From Armatimonadota bacterium (GTDB lineage: Bacteria; Armatimonadota; HRBIN16): 64,000 bases of DNA. Of this stretch, positions 18,500 through 28,217 are shown one piece after another. A program made the translations under genes and the position numbers. How positions within the stretch are numbered: position 1 is the stretch's first letter; the number at the start of each line of letters is the position of its first letter. The stretch lies in the NCBI GenBank assembly GCA_963677485.1, contig OY781964.1:4128001-4192000 (forward strand), in the 5' to 3' direction. The notes below the pieces were generated by a model, which saw only the letters and a program-made list of their open reading frames with translations, was not told where the DNA came from and searched no databases.

Positions 18500-19117
18500 A
18501 TGAAGATGCTGCACGTTCTCGCGGCTGTCTCAGCCAGTTGCGTCCTCGCCGGTGCTGCTAATGCAGACAGACTGATTACAATACCGACCGCTCCCAGCCT
18601 TGGTATCGCACAGACCAAGGTTGAGGTTCTGCATGCAGATTCCCGTGGTGGGGAAACACGATACTGGGCCAACGTGGGGCTTCCCATGGGGCTTGAAGTG
18701 AGTGTAGATGGCGAATCGACTAAAACTAATAGTGATATGGGCTTTGGACTGCAGTATACCGTGCTGCCTGACACAGGCTTTACACCAGCCGTGGGCATTG
18801 GTGTGACGGACCTGACCAGCAGGACAGATGCTGGCAGCGGGCTATATATCACCTCTAGTTTCCAACTGCCCTACCTACCCGAGAACCAGTTAGTAAACTC
18901 GATCAAGCTTTTTGCCGGATTGGGTGAAGGCCGATACGCCGGTGCCTTTTTCGGTACGGAAATGGGCTTGACACACAATATGACGCTCCGTTGTGAATAT
19001 GACAGTCGTGACTTCAATACCGCATTAGATTGGCGTGCGATCAACGGCGTCTCCCTCACAGTAGCTAATCTTAACGACCAGTTGAACTACGGTGTCAGGA
19101 TACAGATCGGACTGTAG
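18500..19117 (+). CDS. Secreted putative outer-membrane beta-barrel (YjbH-like) protein
   Basis: Signal peptide ending in ANA; LITIPTA start; alternating beta strands; EYDS.DFN near the C-terminus. Confidence 0.6.
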   Translation: MKMLHVLAAVSASCVLAGAANADRLITIPTAPSLGIAQTKVEVLHADSRGGETRYWANVGLPMGLEVSVDGESTKTNSDMGFGLQYTVLPDTGFTPAVGIGVTDLTSRTDAGSGLYITSSFQLPYLPENQLVNSIKLFAGLGEGRYAGAFFGTEMGLTHNMTLRCEYDSRDFNTALDWRAINGVSLTVANLNDQLNYGVRIQIGL

Positions 19118-19131
19118 CCGATAGTCAGTAA

Positions 19132-19158
19132 AAGGCCACTCAGTGTTGAAGTGGCCTT
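19132..19158. terminator. Hairpin after the 18500..19117 gene
   Basis: AAGGCCACT...AGTGGCCTT inverted repeat; weak U-tract. Confidence 0.45.
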
Positions 19159-19190
19159 GTAATATGCAGCAGGAGCAAGTTGGTAACACC

Positions 19191-19892
19191 ATGAACGCGT
19201 ACCATCCTCAAGGTTCGTCTCCGACGACCGATATCCTAAGGCTACTACGAAATAGTGTAGGCGCAGAACTCGAAGACTTTTCTACGCTGACTTCATATAG
19301 TCGGAAAGAGATGATATTTAAGCCTGGTGATGAAGAGCGTAATGTTTACATCATTCAACAGGGTCGCGTCAGGTTATTCCGTCAGAACCCATCTGGAAAA
19401 GACATCACACTGAACCTGTTGGATGACAACGAGCTATTTGGCGAGATGGCCTTATTCTTTACGGGTCAGAGGATAAATGCCGCCGCTGCCCTGGAAGAAA
19501 CTAGAATATATGTCATTTCGATTGATGTCTTCAAAAAATGGATGCAGGATGTACCCGAGCTGAGTCAGAGCGTGTTGCTGCTCATGGCCGACAGACGGCG
19601 TATCATGGAACAAAAAGCGACAGAATTTGCCATATTTGAGGTCTCTCAAAGGGTGGCGCGTACGATCCTTCAGCTTTTTGCCAGATATAACGGCTACCCG
19701 AATGAGCAGTCAAAATCGATCAATGTACGCATCACGCAGGGCGAGCTTGCCAGCATCGCCGGTACCACGCGCGAGAGTGCAACCTGTCAGTTGAATAATT
19801 TCCGGCGTGAGGGCTTCATCGAGATCGTGGACCGTCGCATTGTGCTTCTAGACCGCACAGCTTTGCAGCGTGTGGCTGATAACAACCTGTAA
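19191..19892 (+). CDS. Crp/Fnr family transcriptional regulator
   Basis: cNMP-binding domain (IF.PGD, GRVRL, FGEMAL) and HTH ITQGELASIAGTTRES. Confidence 0.9.
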   Translation: MNAYHPQGSSPTTDILRLLRNSVGAELEDFSTLTSYSRKEMIFKPGDEERNVYIIQQGRVRLFRQNPSGKDITLNLLDDNELFGEMALFFTGQRINAAAALEETRIYVISIDVFKKWMQDVPELSQSVLLLMADRRRIMEQKATEFAIFEVSQRVARTILQLFARYNGYPNEQSKSINVRITQGELASIAGTTRESATCQLNNFRREGFIEIVDRRIVLLDRTALQRVADNNL

Positions 19893-19915
19893 AGAGCGCC
19901 TAGGTAGTAGCTGGT

Positions 19916-20083
19916 TTGGCTATGTCCGGGGCGGTCTGTCAGTACGCCTGCCGAGGCCACTGTCTATAGACCGCGCCGGTCTTGTTCCTGGCACAGATTT
20001 TTCATGGCTATCCGCCAGACCGGCGCGGTCTTGAGCCTTCTGCAGCCATTAGCCTACGCACAGACCGCCCCGGACATAGGCAA
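19916..20083. mobile_element. MITE/REPIN-like element copy 2
   Basis: Collinear with 15224..15393, with the same terminal and internal IRs. Confidence 0.8.
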
Positions 20084-20188
20084 CGATTGGCTGCAATAGA
20101 GGCGAACAGCCATTTGCATCCACTGAAATTACTGAAGTTCAAGCACACCACCAACTGTGAGGATAGATTGCAGGCTCTTTCAAGCAAC

Positions 20189-20989
20189 ATGAGTACAGCC
20201 CGAAAACTTGGCGCTGTGTACGTATTTACTTTCCACACGATGATGGCGTACCGGGCACAGGCGTTCATTTGGATACTGACCGACGCCATCCCCGCGGTGG
20301 TGATGCCGCTTGTGTGGATAGCATCCTACCAGGGGCGTACCCAGCTAGGCGGATTCGCTCCGAACCAGATGGTGATGTACTATCTGTTCACTATGATGAT
20401 GAACAGCTTCATCACATCGCATGTGCAGTGGGACATTGCGAATGATATCCGCGAAGGCCGATTCAGCGTACCGCTGGTGCGGCCATTCCCTTATTACCTC
20501 TACATGCTTGTGACAAACTTCAGTTGGCGAGTCAACCGCACCATTCTGGCCGTGCCCGTGTTTTGCCTGGGTTTGTGGCTGTATCGGGATATGATCACTT
20601 TTACTGGTTTTACACTGGGTGCCGGGTTCTGGGCGACGCTGTTCGCAGGGCATCTTCTATCGTTTAGTATGGTGTTTTGCATGGGTATACTGGCATTGTA
20701 TTTTCAGGAGATACGGAATGTGCTTGATCTATATTACATCCCCATGCTGTTCCTCAGCGGATCCATCGCTCCTGTGGCCTTACTGCCTCATTCAGTGCAA
20801 GCTGTCAGCACCTATCTACCGTTCAGGTTCACGCTCTCAGTCCCGCTTGAGGTTCTGATGGGGCGTCTTCACGGTGCTGACATGTGGTGGGCGTTCGCTA
20901 ACCAACTCGGCTGGATTGCACTGTTTGGTGTGCTCTCCATCATCATGTGGAAGCGTGGGCTCAAACACTATACCGGGGTGGGGATGTGA
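20189..20989 (+). CDS. ABC-2 family transporter permease
   Basis: MAYRA, DIREG.FS..LVRP, FLSG...P...LP motifs; the ORF-track N-terminus is repeat-derived, real start ATG 20189. Confidence 0.85.
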   Translation: MSTARKLGAVYVFTFHTMMAYRAQAFIWILTDAIPAVVMPLVWIASYQGRTQLGGFAPNQMVMYYLFTMMMNSFITSHVQWDIANDIREGRFSVPLVRPFPYYLYMLVTNFSWRVNRTILAVPVFCLGLWLYRDMITFTGFTLGAGFWATLFAGHLLSFSMVFCMGILALYFQEIRNVLDLYYIPMLFLSGSIAPVALLPHSVQAVSTYLPFRFTLSVPLEVLMGRLHGADMWWAFANQLGWIALFGVLSIIMWKRGLKHYTGVGM

Positions 20990-21783
20990 AGCTCAATAGA
21001 ACTGTCGCGGTATACAAGATGTTCCTGGCGAACAGCTTTCGTCGCGAAGTGGAGTTCAAAGCCAACTTCTGGGCCAAGGTGCTGAGCGGGTTAGCATGGC
21101 TGTTCTTCTTCTTGTTGACCATGCAGCTTATCTACAGCCAGACCCCCAGCATTGCGGGGTGGAACAGGCCGCAAGGGTTTATGCTGATGGGCACTTGTTA
21201 CCTGATGGGGGCCATTGCACAACTCACTTTCTACGGTAATCTGAGCCAGTTTCCTATCATGATACAGACCGGCGTTTTTGACTTCGCGTTGGTGAAACCC
21301 GTCAACACACTGTTTTGGGTGGGATTTCGATTTGTGAACCTGGATGCCATCGCGAGCATCATCGGCTCAATCGGCATGTTGATATGGGGTGGAACCCAAC
21401 TCGGAGTGGAAACGCCAGGTGCTGTGGATTGGGTATTCTATCTAGTGATGTTCATCTGCGGATTAGTGATCTATTTTGGCATGTATCTGCTGATGATGAG
21501 CACAGCCTTTTGGTTTGTGCGCGTGGAAAATCTGACAGTGCTGATGGACATGCTGAGCTGGACGGCCCGATTCCCGCTGGATATCTTCCGGGGAGCAACA
21601 CGGGTACTGCTGACATATGTGTTACCGGTCGCCTTTTTAGCTAGTCTGCCGTGCGGTGCCTTGCTTGGCCGGCTTCCATACTGGTGGCTGGCTGTCGGCG
21701 TGCTTATGGCGGTTACGGTGCTTTCTGCGGCAGTCGGCTTCTTTCGGTATGCCATCAGCAGTTACAGCAGTGCCAGCAGTTAA
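20986..21783 (+). CDS. ABC-2 family transporter permease
   Basis: EFKANF, IAGW, G.FD..LVKP, FP.DIF, LTYVLP.AF; GTGA overlap with the previous gene. Confidence 0.85.
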   Translation: MKLNRTVAVYKMFLANSFRREVEFKANFWAKVLSGLAWLFFFLLTMQLIYSQTPSIAGWNRPQGFMLMGTCYLMGAIAQLTFYGNLSQFPIMIQTGVFDFALVKPVNTLFWVGFRFVNLDAIASIIGSIGMLIWGGTQLGVETPGAVDWVFYLVMFICGLVIYFGMYLLMMSTAFWFVRVENLTVLMDMLSWTARFPLDIFRGATRVLLTYVLPVAFLASLPCGALLGRLPYWWLAVGVLMAVTVLSAAVGFFRYAISSYSSASS

Positions 21784-21875
21784 CGTGCGCAATTGACAAT
21801 AACCAACTCAGAACGGACAATGAGTAATTGGTGTATTGCAGTTACCTTGTTCAGTGGACCTATCTCTAACGAAAA

Positions 21876-22658
21876 GTGAATCACTTTATGCAGCAACTAG
21901 ATATGGAAACCCCCGCGGTGAAAGCCGCCATACAAGCTGGTCTTGACTTGCAGCGGATCCCTGCGCACATCGCCATCATTATGGATGGAAATGGCCGCTG
22001 GGCTGCAGGACGAGGACTGCCACGGCTGATCGGCCACAGGCAAGGATACAAGACGGTGCGCAACATCGTGCGTGAAGCCTCGGACCTTGGTGTGAAAGCT
22101 CTCACCCTGTATACTTTCAGCACGGAGAACTGGCGACGTCCTGAGGAAGAGACGACAGGGTTGATGAAGCTGATTGGTGAAGCAGCCCGTCAAGAGCTAC
22201 GCAGCATGTATCAAAACGGTGTCCGAGTGCAGGTGAGCGGACGTATTAACGGTCTGCCCACAGAGGTGCGTGAGGAACTGCAGCGAGGGATCGAAACCAC
22301 CAAAAGCAATGACCGGATTATACTCAATCTTGCCATCAACTATGGTGGGCGTGCTGAGATAGTGGATGCGATGCGTATCATTGCCGCGCAGGTGGCGGCT
22401 GGTGAAATCACTCCCGAACAGATTGATGAACAGACTGTAGCCGCCCATCTTTATACACATGGACTGCCCGACCCTGATCTATTAATCCGTACAGCAGGCG
22501 AAATGCGCCTGAGCAACTTTTTGATCTGGCAGACCGCTTACTCGGAGCTGCACATCACCCCCACACTCTGGCCCGACTTTACACTGGCGCATCTGGTGGC
22601 TGCCATTGACGACTACCAGAAGAGGGTGCGCAAGTTTGGCGGGGTGGTGAGCTCTTAA
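21876..22658 (+). CDS. uppS: Undecaprenyl diphosphate synthase (isoprenyl transferase)
   Basis: HIAIIMDGNGRWA, FSTENW.RP, NYGGR, DPDLLIRT.GE.RLSNFL.WQ. Confidence 0.96.
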   Translation: MNHFMQQLDMETPAVKAAIQAGLDLQRIPAHIAIIMDGNGRWAAGRGLPRLIGHRQGYKTVRNIVREASDLGVKALTLYTFSTENWRRPEEETTGLMKLIGEAARQELRSMYQNGVRVQVSGRINGLPTEVREELQRGIETTKSNDRIILNLAINYGGRAEIVDAMRIIAAQVAAGEITPEQIDEQTVAAHLYTHGLPDPDLLIRTAGEMRLSNFLIWQTAYSELHITPTLWPDFTLAHLVAAIDDYQKRVRKFGGVVSS

Positions 22659-23797
22659 TGATACGAGTAGCGGTTCTTGGGTCCACCGGCTCCATCGGCA
22701 CTCAGACTCTTGATGTGATCGCCCGGTTGAGCTACCGGCTGCAGGTGGTTGCTTTGGCCGCCCACAGCAACGTGAAGCTCCTAGCTGAACAGGCGAAGAA
22801 GTTTGATGTCCACCATCTATGCCTGATGAACCCGGATGCCGCGAAGGCCCTCAGTCAGGACCTTGATGGACTGCCCGTGTTGAGCGGTGATGATGGTCTG
22901 TGCACATTGGCTCAATTACCCGAAGTGGATGTGGTGGTCATCAGTGTCGCCGGTGTGTGCGGACTTGGAGCCACTCTGGCGGCCATCGAGGCCGGTAAGG
23001 GTATCGCCCTGGCCAGCAAAGAGGTTCTCGTGGCGGCTGGCGAAAGTGTGATGCGTCTGGCTCGTGAGCGCGGCGTGGTGGTGGCACCTATTGACAGCGA
23101 GCACAGCGCCATATTCCAGTGCCTGCAGGGATATCGAAGTGAGGACGTGGCGAAGATACTGGTCACCAGCTCCGGCGGAGCTGTACGCGATGTGCCCGTA
23201 GAGGACTTGCCTGATGTGAGCCCTGAGCGCGCGCTGAAGCACCCCAACTGGAGCATGGGGGTGAAGATCACCATAGATAGCGCCACGTTGATGAACAAGA
23301 GCCTTGAGGTCATAGAGGCCTGCTGGTTATTTAATGTGCCCTTCGAGCGGGTGAAGGTGATCATCCACCCACAGAGTATTGTGCATAGCCTGGTGGAGTT
23401 CAACGATGGCTCGCTGTTGGCGCAACTGGGGTTGCCTGACATGCGTCTGCCTATTCAGTTGGCGTTGCTGCATCCGGCGCGCATTGACACCGGTTTGCCT
23501 CGGCTTGACCTGACTCAGGTGAGTGCGTTGAGCTTCCTGCAGCCTGATCCCGCCCGCTACCCCTCACTGGAGCTCGCCACATTGGCCATGGACGCAGGTG
23601 GTACGATGAGCGCAGTGATGAACGCCGCCAACGAGCTGGCGGTATCTCGTTTCGTCAACCGCGAAATCGGGTTTACTCAGATTGTGGACTTGGTGCGCAG
23701 CGTGATGCTGCAGCATGATCCTCTGGAAGCCAGCCTGGGTAATGTGTATAGCACAGACGAATGGGCGCGCCAGCAAGCCCTCAGCTGGCAGGCGTAG
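22658..23797 (+). CDS. dxr: 1-deoxy-D-xylulose 5-phosphate reductoisomerase
   Basis: LGSTGSIGTQTLDV, PIDSEHSAIFQ, HPNWSMG.KITIDSATLMNK, MNAANE. Confidence 0.97.
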   Translation: MIRVAVLGSTGSIGTQTLDVIARLSYRLQVVALAAHSNVKLLAEQAKKFDVHHLCLMNPDAAKALSQDLDGLPVLSGDDGLCTLAQLPEVDVVVISVAGVCGLGATLAAIEAGKGIALASKEVLVAAGESVMRLARERGVVVAPIDSEHSAIFQCLQGYRSEDVAKILVTSSGGAVRDVPVEDLPDVSPERALKHPNWSMGVKITIDSATLMNKSLEVIEACWLFNVPFERVKVIIHPQSIVHSLVEFNDGSLLAQLGLPDMRLPIQLALLHPARIDTGLPRLDLTQVSALSFLQPDPARYPSLELATLAMDAGGTMSAVMNAANELAVSRFVNREIGFTQIVDLVRSVMLQHDPLEASLGNVYSTDEWARQQALSWQA

Positions 23798-24116
23798 GAG
23801 CTTATCCAGACATAAGCAACGCTTGCTGTAAATCTCACCGCCCGGCCCTTCGCTACTTCGTACTCCTATATACTGCTCAACCGAACCCACACTATTACCA
23901 GTTTTTACTCATGCCTCCATCATAACGAAATTGTGGCTGTAACATAAGGTACAATGTTTCAAATACAGTTGAAATCGCCAGCATTTATTCAACTAATCAG
24001 TCGCGAATCACCTCGTTATAGAACCGGGTGTTGAGACACATTTTTCGCCGTACTCGAAGATCACCCATCTTCATCATTTACGACACACTACGCACTTCTA
24101 GGAAGGTTTTGACCAT

Positions 24117-26930
24117 ATGCATCCGGAAACCAGACTTCTAGGTGAGATGCTGACTAACGCCGGTTTGATCACAAATGAGCAACTAGGAGAGGCCATCCAA
24201 CATCTGCCGAGTTATGGAAGCAGGGGAGCTCTGGTACCTGGAGCTCTTCAAAATGCGATATTCAACAGTGCTAACTTCTCAAGTATCGCCACTGACGAGA
24301 AGGGTGTCATACAGATTTTCAACGTGGGTGCTGAACGTATGCTTGGATACTCAGCCCTTGAGGTCGTTGATCGGATCACCCCGGCTGACATCTCTGATCC
24401 TCTGGAGGTGATCGCCCGTGCGGAGGCGTTGAGCCTTGAACTTGGAACACCAATCGCACCTGGTTTTGAGGCATTGGTTTTTAAAGCCTCACGCGGGATC
24501 GAAGACATCTATGAACTGACCTACTTCCGTAAGGATGGCAGCCGGTTCCCTGCGGTGGTCTCTGTCACAGCTCTCCGCGACGATCAAGACGCCATCATCG
24601 GCTATCTGCTAATCGGCACAGATAATACGGCGCGTAAACAGGCCGAAGCGGCACTGATACAGGCCGGAGCTTTGCAGAATGCCATTTTCAATAGTGCCAA
24701 CTTCTCAAGTATCGCCACCGATGAGAAAGGCGTGATTCAGATATTTAATGTGGGCGCCGAACGGATGTTAGGGTATGCGGCGGCTGAGGTGGTGGATAAG
24801 ATCACGCCTGCCGACATCTCCGATCCGCAGGAGGTGATTGCCCGGGCGGAGGAGTTGAGTCAGGAACTCGGAACGCCGATTGCGCCTGGGTTTGAAGCCT
24901 TAGTGTTCAAGGCCTCCCGCGGAATTGAAGACATCTATGAACTAACCTATATCCGTAAAGACGGCAGTAGATTTCCTGCCGTGGTGTCAGTCACAGCACT
25001 CCGGGATGAACAGGGTTCTATCATCGGCTATCTGCTGATAGGCACCGACAATACCGTACGTAAGCAGGTTGAGGCCGATCAGATGCTGCTTGATCAGCGT
25101 CTGCGGGACCAGCAGTTCTACACCCGGTCTCTGTTTGAATCGAATATCGATGCGATCATGACCACCGATCCGTCCGGCATCATCACAGATGTCAACAAGC
25201 AGATGGAGGCTCTGACCGGCCGTACCCGTGACGAGTTGATAGGTGCGCCATTTAAGAGCTACTTCACCGACCCGGCACTAGCGGAGGCGAGCATCAAGCT
25301 GGTGCTGGCTGAAAAGAAGGTCACAAACTATGAGCTTACGGTGCGAGCATGGGATGGCACCGAAACAGTGGTCTCTTATAATGCGACCACGTTCTATGAC
25401 CGTAACCGGAAACTACAGGGTGTGTTCGCGGCTGCACGCGATATTACCGAGTTAAAGAGAGTTGAGCATAGACTGGAAGGATATAATGCTGAGATAGAGA
25501 GTGCCAGAGTTGCAGCTGAAAAGGCAAATCAGGCCAAATCGGAATTCCTCTCCAGCATGAGCCATGAGTTGCGAAGTCCATTGAATGCCATTCTAGGCTT
25601 TGCTCAATTGATGGAAAATGATACTCCACCACCTTCACCATCACAAACGACCAGTATCAACCAGATACTGGAATCGGGCTGGTATCTGCTGTCCCTCATC
25701 AACGAGATTCTCGATCTGGCCACCGTGGAGTCTGGGAAAATCGCTTTGTCTATGGAGCCAGTATCTGTAGCTGATGTCTTTCGCGAAATTCAGACGATGA
25801 TGGAACCTCAGGTCAGGAAGCGTGATATCAAGATCTCATTTCCTCACATCGATACGTCCTCCTATGTGTTTGCAGATCGGACACGACTCAAACAAGTGAT
25901 GATTAATCTCATTTCAAATGCGATCAAGTATAACCGAGCCGGTGGATCTATCATCGTAGAGTGTACTGAGGTGGCTCCTTCGAATATACAGATCAGGGTG
26001 AAAGATACTGGAGTTGGGATATCATCTGAAAAAGTTGCGGAACTGTTCCAGTCATTCAATAGGCTTGGTCAGGAAAACAGCAGCGTTGAGGGGACAGGTA
26101 TAGGCCTGGTGATGAGCAAACGTCTGGTAGAGTTGATGAGCGGTGTGATCGGTGTGGAAAGCGAGCTAGGGGTTGGCAGCGAATTCTGGATTGAGTTGCG
26201 AGCGGCTGCAGCTCCCACGCTAACGCGAGAACAAACTTTTCCAGCAGAAGCATCCTTCTCCTCCGAGGTAGGTTTGGATGTACACACAATACTTTACGTT
26301 GAGGATAATCCTGCTAACCTGAAGCTTGTAGAACAGTTGATATCCCGACATCCGGACTTGAGGCTGTTGACAGCGGTGGATGCCATGTCTGGCATTGAAC
26401 TAGCGAATACTATGCAACCCGATGTGATATTGATGGACATAAATCTTCCTGGGATCAGTGGGGTAGAGGCTATGAAAATACTTCATGATCAGCCGGAGAC
26501 CGCCCATATACCCATCATTGCTGTCAGTGCGAATGCCATGTCGAGTGATATCAAAAAGGGGCTTGATGCGGGGTTCTTCCGTTATCTGACAAAACCTCTC
26601 AATATTAAGACATTTGCGAACACCATCCGAATGGCGCTCAAGCATCCCAACAACGCAGGTAGTCACCCTGTTCATGCTCCGGCTGACGTGTCTGTGCAGA
26701 CCGATGAACAGAAGACCGAAATTCCGAACAGTTTACCACTGCCCGATGATCTCATTGGTCGTCTACGTGATGCGGCATTGGGTGCAGACAATGAACAGCT
26801 CATGCTTCTCTGCAATGAAGTGGCTGAGTATAGTGTGCCTCAGGCACTCGAGATAAAAAGGGCAGTAGATACATTCAGTTACCAGCGTGTATTGAACATG
26901 CTGTCAAACGACGCTATTCAGGAGAATTAA
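24117..26930 (+). CDS. Hybrid sensor histidine kinase (3 PAS, HisKA, HATPase, receiver) with N-terminal MshEN-like motif
   Basis: Two near-identical PAS repeats plus a third PAS; MSHELRSPLN H-box; NLISNAIKY, DTGVG, GTGIGL; receiver VEDN...MDINLP. Confidence 0.92.
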   Translation: MHPETRLLGEMLTNAGLITNEQLGEAIQHLPSYGSRGALVPGALQNAIFNSANFSSIATDEKGVIQIFNVGAERMLGYSALEVVDRITPADISDPLEVIARAEALSLELGTPIAPGFEALVFKASRGIEDIYELTYFRKDGSRFPAVVSVTALRDDQDAIIGYLLIGTDNTARKQAEAALIQAGALQNAIFNSANFSSIATDEKGVIQIFNVGAERMLGYAAAEVVDKITPADISDPQEVIARAEELSQELGTPIAPGFEALVFKASRGIEDIYELTYIRKDGSRFPAVVSVTALRDEQGSIIGYLLIGTDNTVRKQVEADQMLLDQRLRDQQFYTRSLFESNIDAIMTTDPSGIITDVNKQMEALTGRTRDELIGAPFKSYFTDPALAEASIKLVLAEKKVTNYELTVRAWDGTETVVSYNATTFYDRNRKLQGVFAAARDITELKRVEHRLEGYNAEIESARVAAEKANQAKSEFLSSMSHELRSPLNAILGFAQLMENDTPPPSPSQTTSINQILESGWYLLSLINEILDLATVESGKIALSMEPVSVADVFREIQTMMEPQVRKRDIKISFPHIDTSSYVFADRTRLKQVMINLISNAIKYNRAGGSIIVECTEVAPSNIQIRVKDTGVGISSEKVAELFQSFNRLGQENSSVEGTGIGLVMSKRLVELMSGVIGVESELGVGSEFWIELRAAAAPTLTREQTFPAEASFSSEVGLDVHTILYVEDNPANLKLVEQLISRHPDLRLLTAVDAMSGIELANTMQPDVILMDINLPGISGVEAMKILHDQPETAHIPIIAVSANAMSSDIKKGLDAGFFRYLTKPLNIKTFANTIRMALKHPNNAGSHPVHAPADVSVQTDEQKTEIPNSLPLPDDLIGRLRDAALGADNEQLMLLCNEVAEYSVPQALEIKRAVDTFSYQRVLNMLSNDAIQEN

Positions 26931-26937
26931 TGATTAT

Positions 26938-28047
26938 ATGGAACGTACACCGAGCATCTTGATCGTAGATGATACTCCGGCTAACCTTCATTTGCTGACA
27001 GGCATGCTGAAGGATCTGGGGTATAAGGTCCGGTCGGTCTCTGACGGGCAGTTTGCACTTCGGACTGCGAAGCATGATCCGCCCGATCTGATACTGCTTG
27101 ATGTGATGATGCCTGACATGAACGGATACGAAGTGTGCAGCCTGCTCAAAGCAGATGATGAGCTGTCAGACATACCAGTCATATTCATCAGTGCCTTGAA
27201 TGAAACCATGGATAAGGTGAAGGCCTTTCAAGTGGGCGGCCTCGACTATATCACCAAACCATTTCAACTTGGAGAGGTTCAAGCCCGTGTCGCGACGCAC
27301 TTGGAGCTGCACAAGCAGAGGCGTTTGCTGCAGGAGAGCTACGAACAGCTGCGCAAGCTTGAGGAACTCAGAGATAATCTGGTACATATGATCGTGCATG
27401 ATATGCGATCACCATTGACCAGCATGAAGGGATTTCTTGAACTGCTCGATATGGTTGAAGGTGAAGCACTATCAACCGATGGACGTGAATATGTGTCCAT
27501 CGTGTCAAAGTCAACCGACAACCTCATCGAGCTGACTACGACGCTGCTTGATGTCAGCAAGATCGAAGCCGGTGAGATGCCGATAGAGTTAAGCGAATGC
27601 CATCCCGCTAGCATAATACGTACGGTGGTAGATCGGCTCGAATCGTTACGTAAACAGCGGAATGTCTCGGTTGAAGGGCCAGATGAGACGGTGACCGTGC
27701 GAGCTGATGCAAAGATGCTGGACCGGATTATGCAAAATCTGTTGGGAAACGCCTTGAAGTTCACTCCAGATCACGGTTCTATCACTGTCGGATTTAGTGT
27801 TGATAGCAGTGGATTACATGTTTATGTCCGGGACAACGGACCTGGGATTCCAGTTGAGAGTCGTGAGAGAATCTTTGAGAAATTCGGCCAAGCGTCGCAA
27901 AACAAGAATCTACAGCAGTATTCCACTGGGCTTGGGCTCACCTTCTGTAAACTGGCTGTAGAGGCCCACGGCGGGTCCATAGGGGTTGACAGTGAGCTTG
28001 GGAAGGGGAGCACCTTCTGGTTCACTATACCGGCGAAAACTTCATAA
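26938..28047 (+). CDS. Receiver-histidine kinase hybrid protein
   Basis: IVDD, LLDVMMP, DYITKP receiver; VHDMRSPL H-box; NLLGNALKF, GLGL. Confidence 0.92.
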   Translation: MERTPSILIVDDTPANLHLLTGMLKDLGYKVRSVSDGQFALRTAKHDPPDLILLDVMMPDMNGYEVCSLLKADDELSDIPVIFISALNETMDKVKAFQVGGLDYITKPFQLGEVQARVATHLELHKQRRLLQESYEQLRKLEELRDNLVHMIVHDMRSPLTSMKGFLELLDMVEGEALSTDGREYVSIVSKSTDNLIELTTTLLDVSKIEAGEMPIELSECHPASIIRTVVDRLESLRKQRNVSVEGPDETVTVRADAKMLDRIMQNLLGNALKFTPDHGSITVGFSVDSSGLHVYVRDNGPGIPVESRERIFEKFGQASQNKNLQQYSTGLGLTFCKLAVEAHGGSIGVDSELGKGSTFWFTIPAKTS

Positions 28048-28091
28048 TGGCGGATCATCCCGTGGTCATTTTGTTCGTAAAACCACCGCAC

Positions 28092-28120
28092 TTGTGAAAA
28101 TCATGATTTCGGGTTATAAT
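28092..28120 (+). promoter_or_regulatory. Sigma70-type promoter of tRNA-Cys
   Basis: TTGTGA-17 bp-TATAAT ending 12 bp upstream of the tRNA. Confidence 0.65.
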
Positions 28121-28132
28121 ATTTTTGCTCAA

Positions 28133-28207
28133 GGCGCCATACCCAAGTGGCTAAGGGAGCGGTCTGCAAAACCGCGATCACCGGTTCGATTCCGGTTGGC
28201 GCCTCCA
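28133..28207 (+). tRNA. tRNA-Cys(GCA)
   Basis: GGCGCCA/TGGCGCC acceptor stem, anticodon arm GCGGT-CTGCAAA-ACCGC, GGTTCGATTCC, discriminator T followed by CCA. Confidence 0.96.
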
Positions 28208-28217
28208 ACCTCTTACT

